Part shown: positions 8,774 to 17,901 of the stretch, piece by piece
Layout: each line of letters starts with the position of its first letter
Position numbering within the stretch: position 1 is the stretch's first letter
NCBI GenBank assembly: GCA_964496065.1
Contig: CAZBXD010000009.1
Coordinates: 1 to 46,725 of the forward strand
Direction of reading: 5' to 3'
Source of the DNA: an uncultured Bdellovibrionales bacterium
GTDB taxonomy: Bacteria > Pseudomonadota > Alphaproteobacteria > Micavibrionales > SZUA-601
DNA length: 46,725 bases
Position numbers and translations under genes: made by a program
The notes under the pieces: model-generated
What the model was told of the DNA's origin: nothing
Databases searched by the model: none
Seen by the model: only the letters and a program-made list of their open reading frames with translations

Positions 8774-8912
8774 ACAAGGCTGTTTGGTCTTGACAAGAGG
8801 GGCCGGGACAGGCAGAAATAGCTTTCAAGAGTTTCGGTGTGATAAAGTCTTTATGGCACCATCTGCCAAATAAAGAATTTTTTGGTTTCAGTTAATACGA
8901 AAGGAAAAATAA

Positions 8913-9149
8913 ATGAGTGATATTGCTGACCGTGTAAAGAAAATTGTTGTTGAACATTTAAGTGTCGACGAAGATAAAGTTGCGCCTGAGGCAAGCTTTA
9001 TTGATGATTTGGGCGCTGATAGCCTTGATACTGTTGAGCTTGTCATGGCTTTTGAAGAGGAGTTCGGTATTGAAATCCCTGATGATGCAGCTGAGAAGAT
9101 CTTGACATTCCAAGATGCTGTCAACTACATCGAAGAAGCTTCTGCTTAA
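8913..9149 (+). CDS. acpP: Acyl carrier protein
   Basis: 78 aa with the phosphopantetheine attachment motif [12 protein letters not shown]. Confidence 0.97.
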   Translation: MSDIADRVKKIVVEHLSVDEDKVAPEASFIDDLGADSLDTVELVMAFEEEFGIEIPDDAAEKILTFQDAVNYIEEASA

Positions 9150-9160
9150 AAGGTTAAATA

Positions 9161-9191
9161 TCCCCTCTATACGGGGGGTGTTTGATTTTTT
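9161..9191 (+). terminator. Weak hairpin plus T-tract after acpP (possible partial terminator)
   Basis: CCCC-tctatac-GGGG(GG) followed by TGTTTGATTTTTT. The stem is short, so this is at best an attenuating element. Confidence 0.35.
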
Positions 9192-9209
9192 GTAAATCTG
9201 GAACAAATA

Positions 9210-10472
9210 ATGAGACGTGTTGTTGTTACTGGGCTTGGTATGGTCTCCCCGCTTGGAATGGGTGTCGATCATACATGGTCTCAACTCATTGCCGGTAAAA
9301 GTGGCATTGGAGGGGTGACGAAATGCGATATAGCAGACATCCCAGCGAAAGTTGCCGGTGAAGTCCCCCTGGGTGATGGAACAAATGGCACCTATAATCC
9401 AGATATTTACGTTGATGCTAAGGAACAGCGAAAGAATGATTTCTTTATTATTCTTGGTTTATCTGCAGCTGAAGAAGCAATTAAAGATAGTGGCTGGAAA
9501 CCAGAAACGGATGAGCAATGTGAACGCACAGGCGTGATGATTGGGTCTGGAATTGGTGGTCTGCCTGAGCTTTCAAAAGGACAGATGACCCTCCATGAAA
9601 AAGGACCGCGTCGTCTGTCACCGTTTTTTATTCCAGCCTGCTTGATCAATCTTGTGTCTGGTCAAGTATCAATTAAATATGGGTTTAAAGGGCCAAATCA
9701 CTCTGTAGTGACCGCTTGTTCGACTGGGGCTCATGCAATTGGCGATGCGTCACGGATCATTAAATATGGCGATGCAGATGTTATGATTGCTGGCGGCGCT
9801 GAGTCGGCAATTAATCGCCTTGGCCTGGCTGGATTTGCTGCTGCGCGCGCGTTATCAACGAGTTATAATGAAACCCCTGAGAAAGCATCACGCCCATTTG
9901 ATAAGGATCGAGACGGCTTCGTCATGGGTGAGGGCGCTGGTATTTTAGTTTTAGAGGAATTAGAGCATGCTAAGGCGCGTGGTGCTAAAATCTATGCTGA
10001 AATATCCGGTTATGGTATGTCGGGTGACGCGCATCATATTACATCACCAGCGCCGGATGGAAACGGTGGTTTTCGCTCTATGCGTGCTGCTTTAAAAGAC
10101 GCCGGCGTCGCACCGTCTGATCTTGATTATATCAATGCACATGGAACATCAACGCCATTAGGCGATGATATTGAAGTTTCTGCGGTCAAACGCCTGCTTG
10201 ATGGATCTGAAAATGCTGTAATGTCATCAACAAAGTCGTCAATTGGCCATCTGCTTGGAGCTGCTGGTGCGGTTGAGGCAATTTTCTGTATTAAAGCAAT
10301 TAAGGAAGGGATTGTTCCACCAACTTTGAACCTTAATAATCCATCTGAAGGATGTTTAGGCATTGATCTTGTCCCGCATGTTGCGCGTGAGAAAAAGATT
10401 GAGGTTGCGTTGTCGAATTCGTTTGGTTTTGGTGGGACAAACGCGTCTCTCGTTTTGAAGGCGTTTAAGTAA
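9210..10472 (+). CDS. fabF: 3-oxoacyl-ACP synthase II
   Basis: KAS II active-site Cys in VVTACSTGAH, His motifs HGTSTP and GHLLGAAG, and C-terminal NSFGFGGTNASL. Confidence 0.95.
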   Translation: MRRVVVTGLGMVSPLGMGVDHTWSQLIAGKSGIGGVTKCDIADIPAKVAGEVPLGDGTNGTYNPDIYVDAKEQRKNDFFIILGLSAAEEAIKDSGWKPETDEQCERTGVMIGSGIGGLPELSKGQMTLHEKGPRRLSPFFIPACLINLVSGQVSIKYGFKGPNHSVVTACSTGAHAIGDASRIIKYGDADVMIAGGAESAINRLGLAGFAAARALSTSYNETPEKASRPFDKDRDGFVMGEGAGILVLEELEHAKARGAKIYAEISGYGMSGDAHHITSPAPDGNGGFRSMRAALKDAGVAPSDLDYINAHGTSTPLGDDIEVSAVKRLLDGSENAVMSSTKSSIGHLLGAAGAVEAIFCIKAIKEGIVPPTLNLNNPSEGCLGIDLVPHVAREKKIEVALSNSFGFGGTNASLVLKAFK

Positions 10473-10477
10473 ACGAG

Positions 10478-11461
10478 ATGCGTTTTCTTAACGCACTCCT
10501 TTCAGCCTTCTTTATTTTACTTATCCTTGGGGCGGTTGCTTTTTTAACCTTAGGCGTTCTGATTAACCAAGACGGCCCCCTTACAGAAGAGAAAACCGTT
10601 ATCATTGATAAGGGGAAGGGGGGTATTCACATTGCTAATACCCTAGAGCAAGAAGGGGTCATTAAAGAAGCTTTGCTTTTCCGTTTAGCGCTGCGTTTTG
10701 AAGGAGCGGAGCGGGAGCTGAAAGCCGGTGAATATCTTTTCCCTCCCCAAGTCAGCATGCGAGAGGTGGTCAATATCATCCGCCAAGGAAAATCGGTGGG
10801 TTATTATGTGACGGCTGTGGAAGGATGGACGGTTAAGCAGATCATAAATGAGTTGAATAAAGCAGAACATCTTATTGGAAATATTAATAAAAATATAAAA
10901 GAGGGGTCACTGTTTCCAGATACGTATCAATATGCACGCGGTGATACCAAGCAATCCGTCATTGATCAGATGACAGCCGCGGCTGATGCCTATTGGGCGG
11001 AAGCTTGGCCGAAACGGGCGTCTGATCTGCCCTTTGACACGGTTGAGGAAGCCAAAGTCCTCGCCTCCATTGTTGAAAAGGAAACCAGCGTTCCGGAAGA
11101 ATGGGGGATTGTTGCTGGAGTTTTTGTTAATCGCCTCAATAAAGGGATGTTGTTACAAACCGATCCTACGGTTGTTTATGCGATTACGGATAAGCTTGGC
11201 CATATGCAGGGGAAGCGCCTTTTAAAGAAGCATTTGGAGGTTGATAGTCCTTATAATACTTATAAATATCCGGGCCTTCCGCCGGCGCCGATTGCCAATC
11301 CCAGCCGGGCGGCCATCGACGCTACGCTTAATCCAGATAAACATGATTATATTTTCTTTGTCGCCGATGGCACAGGCGGGCATCTCTTTGCTAAAACCCT
11401 AAAGGAGCACAATGCCAATGTCGCCAAATGGCGCCAATATCGTCGTGAGACTGGCAAGTAA
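10478..11461 (+). CDS. mltG: Endolytic murein transglycosylase MltG (YceG family)
   Basis: N-terminal TM anchor, a YceG-like domain (EGWTVKQI, SIVEKET, FVNRL...LQTDPTV.Y), and the conserved position after fabF. Confidence 0.88.
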   Translation: MRFLNALLSAFFILLILGAVAFLTLGVLINQDGPLTEEKTVIIDKGKGGIHIANTLEQEGVIKEALLFRLALRFEGAERELKAGEYLFPPQVSMREVVNIIRQGKSVGYYVTAVEGWTVKQIINELNKAEHLIGNINKNIKEGSLFPDTYQYARGDTKQSVIDQMTAAADAYWAEAWPKRASDLPFDTVEEAKVLASIVEKETSVPEEWGIVAGVFVNRLNKGMLLQTDPTVVYAITDKLGHMQGKRLLKKHLEVDSPYNTYKYPGLPPAPIANPSRAAIDATLNPDKHDYIFFVADGTGGHLFAKTLKEHNANVAKWRQYRRETGK

Positions 11462-11464
11462 GCG

Positions 11465-12232
11465 CTATTTTTTTGGGGTTTTATTGGCAATTTTTTCAGC
11501 TAGAAAATCAGGTAAAGTATTGAGAAGCCAAGCTCCAAAATAGGTTGGAAAGGGGAAAGCAATCCGGCCTTTGTTTTTCTCCAAGCCAAGTTTGATAATC
11601 TCTGCTGCTTTTTCTGTCTCCATAAAAAAGGGCATTTTATAACTGTTCACTGCTGTCATCGGGGAGCGAACAAAGCCGGGACAAATCACACAGACATCAA
11701 TTCCATAGGGCTTAAGATGCCCACGTAAGGCTTCGCCATAGCTTTTTACGGCTGCCTTACTGGCACAATAGGCAGGGGCGCCCGGCATCCCGCGGAACCC
11801 GGCCATAGACGACATCAAGGCGATCTGCCCGCGTTGTCGGGCAATCATTTTATCCATCACTGGATGAATGGTATTGAGCACACCATTAACATTGATATCA
11901 AAAATTTTTCTTACTTGGGCATCACCTTCAGGCCCCTGGCTTGTCCCGGCTGAAATACCCGCATTAGCAATACATAAATCAATCGGATTTTGCGCATCAA
12001 ATTTTATCAACCATTTTGCCATAGCCTCTTGATCGGTAACATCAATCACACCGGTTGTGACCTGTGCGCCTTTACCCCGACAACTCTTGGCTACGTTTTC
12101 TAAACGCTCTTGGTTGCGCCCTGTTAAGCCAATATGGGTATTTGGAGCAGCATAAGCATGGGCAAGAGCGTCACCGATACCACTTGAGGCACCAGTAATA
12201 ATAATTGATTTTTTAATTGCTTCACTAGACAT
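11465..12232 (-). CDS. SDR-family NAD(P)-dependent oxidoreductase
   Basis: TGASSGIG dinucleotide-binding motif, NAG, and catalytic YCASK. The substrate is unknown. Confidence 0.8.
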   Translation of the reverse strand: MSSEAIKKSIIITGASSGIGDALAHAYAAPNTHIGLTGRNQERLENVAKSCRGKGAQVTTGVIDVTDQEAMAKWLIKFDAQNPIDLCIANAGISAGTSQGPEGDAQVRKIFDINVNGVLNTIHPVMDKMIARQRGQIALMSSMAGFRGMPGAPAYCASKAAVKSYGEALRGHLKPYGIDVCVICPGFVRSPMTAVNSYKMPFFMETEKAAEIIKLGLEKNKGRIAFPFPTYFGAWLLNTLPDFLAEKIANKTPKK

Positions 12233-12290
12233 TAAGAGCTTACCTGTTATAGTTTTCTACAATTCATAACTATAGTCAAAGGAAGTACCC

Positions 12291-12989
12291 TTGTCTGCTG
12301 CAAAACGAAGTGAATTTCATGTTGCTGATGATCTCGATCTGTCTAATGTTAGCCGGATTGAGGGTCTGAAAAGACGCGGATTAATGTTTGTGTTAGCTGC
12401 TCCTTCTGGCACAGGTAAAACAACACTTGCGCGTGGTCTTATAGAAGCAGATGCCGATACAATGTTTTCAGTTTCTTATACAACGCGCACACCTAAGCCA
12501 GGCGAAATTGATGGCGTTGATTATCATTTTGTCACAGAAGAAGAGTTTAAGAAAATGATTGATGAGGGAGTTTTTCTTGAATACGCTAATTATGTGGGCA
12601 ATTTCTATGGCACACCAAAGGCTCCAGTAATTGAGGCGCTAGAACAAGGCAAAGATGTTCTCTTTGATATTGAATGGCAAGGGGCGGCACAGATTTTGGC
12701 ACAAGCGCCTGACGATGTTGTACGGATTTCTATTTTGCCACCAAGCGCTGATGAGCTTCGCTCCCGGCTCGATAAGCGTGCCAAAGATACACCAGAAAGT
12801 ATCAAGAAACGCTTAAAAACAGCCCTTGATGAGCTCACGCGTTATGAAGATTATGACTATGTTGTTATCAATAGCCATCTCAAGGATACCTTATATAAAT
12901 TAAGGACAATTCTTGGTTCAGAGCGGATGAAACGTCATCGTTTACGAGGACTCAATGAGTTCATCTTGAAATTAAAGAACGATTTTTAA
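12291..12989 (+). CDS. gmk: Guanylate kinase
   Basis: P-loop APSGTGKTT and TTR.PKPGE.DGVDYHFV. The start is TTG at 12291, preceded by AAGGAAG 5 nt upstream; no in-frame ATG occurs before the conserved RRGLMFVL segment. Confidence 0.9.
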   Translation: MSAAKRSEFHVADDLDLSNVSRIEGLKRRGLMFVLAAPSGTGKTTLARGLIEADADTMFSVSYTTRTPKPGEIDGVDYHFVTEEEFKKMIDEGVFLEYANYVGNFYGTPKAPVIEALEQGKDVLFDIEWQGAAQILAQAPDDVVRISILPPSADELRSRLDKRAKDTPESIKKRLKTALDELTRYEDYDYVVINSHLKDTLYKLRTILGSERMKRHRLRGLNEFILKLKNDF

Positions 12990-13807
12990 ATTTGCGCTTT
13001 CGCTATGGCGCGATAACTACCGATACTGAGATCTTCGGCTCTTTGGGTTGGGTCGATTCCGATTTTTTCCCAGTCAATAGTGAGTGTTTTCATCGATTGC
13101 CGCAGCATTTTACGGCGCTGATTAAAAGCGGTGGCAACGATTTTCTCCATGGTTTCGAAAGGAATATCATCTCGTTGCTTTTTCGGGGTCAGATGAACAA
13201 TAGAGGACGTGACTTTTGGTGGGGGTGTAAAGGCGCTGGGCGGTAAGTCAAAAGCAATATGGACATCACAAAGCCACTGTGCCATGACTGAAAGACGCCC
13301 ATAAGCTTTGGTTTTTGGCTCCGCCACAATCCGATCTGCGACTTCTTTTTGAAACATCAATGTCATAGATTGATAGTCATGGATATTCTTAAGCCACCCC
13401 ATAAAGAGTGGGGTTGCAACGTTATATGGCAGATTGGCAACAATTGCGCGTGGCGCAGGGGCTATCGACAAAATATCCGCCTCAAGTGCATCTACATGAT
13501 GCAAGGTTAACCGTCCATTGGCAGCTGAAAAAAGCGGCGCTAGGGCTTCGACGAGCCGAGGATCTTTCTCAAGTGCAATGATTTTTTTTGCGGATGTTTC
13601 TGTGAGCAGGGCACGAGTCAGACCACCTGGGCCAGGGCCAACTTCAATCACACTTGTGCCCGGTTTTATTTGAGCATGGCGCGCAATCTTTGCTGTGATA
13701 TTCAAATCGAAAAGAAAGTTTTGGCCTAGTGCTTTATTTGCACTCAGACCCTGCTGTGCAATCACTTCTCGTAAAGGGGGGAGAGATCGGATGGCCGCGA
13801 TAGACAT
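12986..13807 (-). CDS. rsmA: 16S rRNA (adenine1518/1519-N6)-dimethyltransferase RsmA/KsgA
   Basis: LGQNFL, the SAM-binding motif VIEVGPGPGGLT, and NLPYNV. Confidence 0.93.
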   Translation of the reverse strand: MSIAAIRSLPPLREVIAQQGLSANKALGQNFLFDLNITAKIARHAQIKPGTSVIEVGPGPGGLTRALLTETSAKKIIALEKDPRLVEALAPLFSAANGRLTLHHVDALEADILSIAPAPRAIVANLPYNVATPLFMGWLKNIHDYQSMTLMFQKEVADRIVAEPKTKAYGRLSVMAQWLCDVHIAFDLPPSAFTPPPKVTSSIVHLTPKKQRDDIPFETMEKIVATAFNQRRKMLRQSMKTLTIDWEKIGIDPTQRAEDLSIGSYRAIAKAQI

Positions 13808-13818
13808 TATCCAGAAGC

Positions 13819-15072
13819 CTAGTTTTTAATATCAATATATGCCGTTGCTTTTAGGTCGCGGACATAGCGCTGTTGCAAGCGTTCCAAGCGGTCCATCCCA
13901 ATTTTATTGGCAATTTGATCTCTCAGCTCATTATCCGTATTTTTTTGTCGACGATCACAAACCATGACAAGAAGATAGCCCTCAGAAACACGAACTGGCT
14001 CAGACAACTGCCCGTTAGCAAGGTTTTGAATAGCATTTTTTACAAAAGCTGGCAGTTGCTGTTCATTGATAAACCCAAGATCTTTTGTCATTGGGCTATT
14101 CTGTGCCGTAATCAGATTGTCCATAGCATCACACCCCTTGGTTTTTTGCTGTAAACTCTTTGCCGTAGCTTCGGCTTCAGCGATATCTGTGTCGTTTGCT
14201 TCAGGTAAAAGTGGAATGATTGTTTGTTTAATTTGCACTTCTGTGATAGCTGCCCCAGAGGTATTGACGGTACGTTGGTCGCGTAACAAGAGGATATGAT
14301 ATCCAAAATCGGACCTAATAGGCTCAGATACAGATTGTGGTGTCATCGTTTTAATGGCTTGATCAAGAGCTGGGTCAAGGATGCCTTCTAATACCCAACC
14401 AATTGCCCCACCATTTCGGGCCTCACTCCCTTGTGAAAATTGTCGCGCTATCCCAGGAAAACTAGCACCAGCACGGATTTGTTTGACAAGATCTTGGGCG
14501 AGCGCTTTTTGTTTGGCGTTTTCACCATCGTCATTCACCTTTAGAAAAATCTCGGCCAGATTATATTCTGACTTCCCTTCATGCTTATTAAGGTCAGCAA
14601 TAAAGTTATCAATATCAGCTTCTGTGACATTGACCTGTGGACGTAAGCGCTGGCGAATTACTTGTGTCCAGGATAGCTGTGATCGAATTTGACGTTCTAA
14701 ACTTGGTAAAGCACCAAAACTTTGTCCTAAAATTTCCTTGAATTTTTGTGGATCAACCTTGTTTTGGTTAGCAATATTATCGATAGCTTTTTGAATATCT
14801 TCTTGAGGAATTTCAATATTGAGACGTTTTGCTTCTTGGAGACGAAGCTGTTCTTCGATAAGACTATTTAAAGCCTGCGCTTCAATCTTTTTGCGCGACT
14901 CTTCGCTATCTTTAATGTTCGATGCGCGTAATCCCAATTGGACCCGCCCTTCCACGTCACTATGTGTAATAATGTCATTATTGACGATTGCTGCAATGCC
15001 CATGCGTTGAGCATGAGAGTGTGAAGAAAAGCAGATAAGAATAACAGAAATTATAAGTATTTTTATTTTCAT
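13819..15072 (-). CDS. surA: Periplasmic chaperone / peptidyl-prolyl isomerase, SurA-like
   Basis: Signal peptide MKIKILIISVILICFSSHSHA, a SurA N-terminal-like region, and a parvulin core (SDFGYHILLL). It occupies the conserved position between rsmA and lptG. Confidence 0.8.
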   Translation of the reverse strand: MKIKILIISVILICFSSHSHAQRMGIAAIVNNDIITHSDVEGRVQLGLRASNIKDSEESRKKIEAQALNSLIEEQLRLQEAKRLNIEIPQEDIQKAIDNIANQNKVDPQKFKEILGQSFGALPSLERQIRSQLSWTQVIRQRLRPQVNVTEADIDNFIADLNKHEGKSEYNLAEIFLKVNDDGENAKQKALAQDLVKQIRAGASFPGIARQFSQGSEARNGGAIGWVLEGILDPALDQAIKTMTPQSVSEPIRSDFGYHILLLRDQRTVNTSGAAITEVQIKQTIIPLLPEANDTDIAEAEATAKSLQQKTKGCDAMDNLITAQNSPMTKDLGFINEQQLPAFVKNAIQNLANGQLSEPVRVSEGYLLVMVCDRRQKNTDNELRDQIANKIGMDRLERLQQRYVRDLKATAYIDIKN

Positions 15073-15099
15073 GACGCGTTTATAACATATTGTGTAAGA

Positions 15100-16203
15100 T
15101 CATCCATCCTCTAAATGTAAAATTGCTCCAAGACCGATCATTAAGCTTATAGCAGCTGGGGCAAAGGCAGCGATTTTAATGGGAAGAAGATCGGAAATTC
15201 CAAAAGCTTGCAAAACATCACCCATAAAGAAGACGAGAAAAGCGATACCAACACTGCCAATAATTAAGTTCCAGTTATTGCTTTGTCGTGGCGGGCGTAA
15301 AGCAAGTGCAGCAGCAAGCAGAATGAGCGCAAGATAAAGAATAGGATCTGATAAAAGCGAATAATAATGTGCTTTGAGAGAATTAGATGAAAATCCAGTT
15401 GCCTCAAGCACATTGATATAGCTTGGCAATTGCCAAAAAGAGACAGTCTGTGGTGATGAAAATCGACTTTCAATTTCTTGTATAGTCAAATCTGTTTTTA
15501 GCTGGGCTTTGTCAAGCTTTTCAGGGCGAACCTCTCCTGTCTCGCTAACGGTTGCATCATTAAATATCCATGCTCCTTCACTCAAATATGCTGACGGGCT
15601 ATCTAAACGATGCGTTAATTGTAAATTCTGATCATAAAAAAGCACAATAACATGATTAAGAAGCCATTCAGGGGTTTTAACTTTTGGCGCATGAAGAATT
15701 GCTGGGCCCTTCTCGGTTTCTTGTTTAAGCCACAAACCAGTTCCAGATAAATCAATTGCACTAGTTGCATTATTGCCAATATATTGATTTTCAAGGCGCT
15801 CATATTCACGCAGCAAGATAGATGATGCAGGGTTAATCATCGTGATTTTGACGAGAGCAATTAAAATAGCTGTGATAAGAACCGGCATCATAAAGCGCCA
15901 AGCTGATATTCCGGCGGAACGGACAACAACAAGCTCATGTGAACGGGTTAACCGCCAAAAAGTATAAATCGCAGCAAATAAGACAGCAAAGGGGAAGAGC
16001 TCTTGCCCAACCTCTGGTAGTTTAAACAACCCCATTTTAATCAATAGTCCAATATCAATATCGCCACGTTTTGCTAATCGACGGCTGAGTTCAACTGTTT
16101 CAAAAATAAATGTAATGGTTATCAAGGTGCTAAAAAAGCCAAGAAAATTGACCCAAAATTGTCGACCGATATACCAAAATAGAGTTGGAGAGCTTTGAAT
16201 CAT
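15100..16203 (-). CDS. lptG: LPS export ABC transporter permease LptG
   Basis: LptF/LptG (YjgP/YjgQ) family topology: 3 TM, a large periplasmic loop, then 3 TM. It is the second of a tandem pair; its start overlaps the lptF stop by 1 nt. Confidence 0.85.
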   Translation of the reverse strand: MIQSSPTLFWYIGRQFWVNFLGFFSTLITITFIFETVELSRRLAKRGDIDIGLLIKMGLFKLPEVGQELFPFAVLFAAIYTFWRLTRSHELVVVRSAGISAWRFMMPVLITAILIALVKITMINPASSILLREYERLENQYIGNNATSAIDLSGTGLWLKQETEKGPAILHAPKVKTPEWLLNHVIVLFYDQNLQLTHRLDSPSAYLSEGAWIFNDATVSETGEVRPEKLDKAQLKTDLTIQEIESRFSSPQTVSFWQLPSYINVLEATGFSSNSLKAHYYSLLSDPILYLALILLAAALALRPPRQSNNWNLIIGSVGIAFLVFFMGDVLQAFGISDLLPIKIAAFAPAAISLMIGLGAILHLEDG

Positions 16204-17342
16204 TACGGTGCTGCCACAAAATAGCTTTTTAATTTGTTAATCATAGAAGGACCTGATCGGTCTTGTGCGCGTATAACTTGATATGCTATGAGCGGCGGAA
16301 TAAGAGCAATTATATAAAGGCCAATTACCCCTATAAAGGACTGTGAAGCATAATTGGCAAGCCCGAGGTTACCTCCTTGGATAAGAATAAGGAGGGCGAC
16401 AGCAATAACAATTTTTTTTGTTTGGCCACGCCGGTTAAACTGTCCCGAAAAAAGACAAGCAATTGCAATGAGACTGAGGGCAATGGCTAGAAAAGGGCGC
16501 GTGATTCGGTTATGCGCCTCGGCGATAAAACGTTGTGATAAGTCGGGTCTTAAATCTGGGCTATACGCACTTTTGAATAGGTCGGGTAAAATACGTTCAT
16601 CCGCATCAATCCATGGATTGATGGCACGCTTATCAAGGGCAGATATATCAAGGCTGTATTCATCAAAGCGCAAGGTTTCGACAACGCCTGATCTTGGGTT
16701 AAATTGTTGACGCATGCCATCGTAAACAACAACAAAAGGTTTGCCTTCGCGCATAACAATCCCACCACTTTCGGCCAAGATGGTTGTTGGGGCCGCATCC
16801 TTCTCTCGATTAGAGTGAATCATAATACCAGATAAGCTAGATGTTCCACGTCGGTCAGCGATATAAATGGTCGTATGGTTGCCAATTGTGTTGAAAACTC
16901 TCTCACGAAGCAGCACGGTTGTGTAGTCAGACTTAATAACATCTTTTAAGCGGTCAAGTTCCCGATTGGCTAACGGAGTCAGCCAGCCACTCATACTAAA
17001 AACGGTTATGGCAACCAAAACAGCTGTCAAAATTGCTGGGCGCACCAGTCTTTTATATGACGTTCCAACCGATTGCATGATAACAATTTCTGAGTCCATC
17101 GTCAGTTTGTTATAGATAAATAATATTGAAATGGCTAAAGCAATTGGCATGATGATTTCAAGAAATTTCGGTACGGTTAGGATAAGCAACATCCCAAAAA
17201 GATTAAGAGGTGCACCACCATTTACAATAAGTTCTAATAATCGTAGAGATTGCGTAAGCCAAATAATAAAAGTGAGAACAAAACTGATGGCCAGTGTGCT
17301 CAAAACAAGTTGTTTAAATAGATAATGGTTTAGCAATTGCAT
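16203..17342 (-). CDS. lptF: LPS export ABC transporter permease LptF
   Basis: LptF/LptG family topology. It is the first of the tandem pair and is divergent from holC, as in the conserved lptFG/pepA-holC arrangement. Confidence 0.85.
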   Translation of the reverse strand: MQLLNHYLFKQLVLSTLAISFVLTFIIWLTQSLRLLELIVNGGAPLNLFGMLLILTVPKFLEIIMPIALAISILFIYNKLTMDSEIVIMQSVGTSYKRLVRPAILTAVLVAITVFSMSGWLTPLANRELDRLKDVIKSDYTTVLLRERVFNTIGNHTTIYIADRRGTSSLSGIMIHSNREKDAAPTTILAESGGIVMREGKPFVVVYDGMRQQFNPRSGVVETLRFDEYSLDISALDKRAINPWIDADERILPDLFKSAYSPDLRPDLSQRFIAEAHNRITRPFLAIALSLIAIACLFSGQFNRRGQTKKIVIAVALLILIQGGNLGLANYASQSFIGVIGLYIIALIPPLIAYQVIRAQDRSGPSMINKLKSYFVAAP

Positions 17343-17444
17343 AAATTATTTTTATAGGTTTTGATGGCCATGAACCAGAGGAAAAGTATAAAAAAATAAA
17401 ATCGCTTTTTTAAAGTTTAGCATGCCTGTATGGTGCTATATGAT

Positions 17445-17900
17445 ATGACTGAAATTCGATTTTACCATCTCCAACGCTCCTCATTAAAACAGACACTCCC
17501 AAGTCTGCTAGAGAAAATAATAGAGCGAGATATGCGCGTTGTTCTATACTTACCAGATTCCAAGCAAGTTAAGGAAATTGATCAATGGTTATGGAGCTAT
17601 AAACCAGAAAGCTTTTTGCCCCATGGGTGTGATGGCGATCCTGTGCCTGCAGAGCATCCAATTTGGATAACATCGACACAGAGTAATCCAAATAATGCGG
17701 ATGTTTTAATTGTTACGGATGCTGCTGAATGGCAAGGGTCTATGGATAAAATTAAAATTCGATGCGAAATTTTTGACGGTAACGACAAAAATATCTTATC
17801 CAAATCACGTCATAATTGGAAAGAATTTTCTGCCCAAAAATATGATTTATCATATTGGCAACAAGACCAACAAGGGCGCTGGATAAAAAAAGAGAGCTAG
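17445..17900 (+). CDS. holC: DNA polymerase III subunit chi
   Basis: MTEIRFYHLQRSSLKQTLPSLLEK... is a typical chi N-terminus; about 150 aa. The start is placed at the second Met (17445) rather than the ORF-track Met at 17430. Confidence 0.85.
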   Translation: MTEIRFYHLQRSSLKQTLPSLLEKIIERDMRVVLYLPDSKQVKEIDQWLWSYKPESFLPHGCDGDPVPAEHPIWITSTQSNPNNADVLIVTDAAEWQGSMDKIKIRCEIFDGNDKNILSKSRHNWKEFSAQKYDLSYWQQDQQGRWIKKES

Positions 17901-17901
17901 G

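Noticed and set aside
8854-8867. TGGCACcatcTGCC upstream of acpP, which resembles a sigma-54 -24/-12 element.
   Set aside because: The spacing between the GG and GC dinucleotides is two nucleotides too short for the TGGCAC-N5-TTGC geometry, the -12 TTGC is absent, and acpP is not an expected RpoN target.
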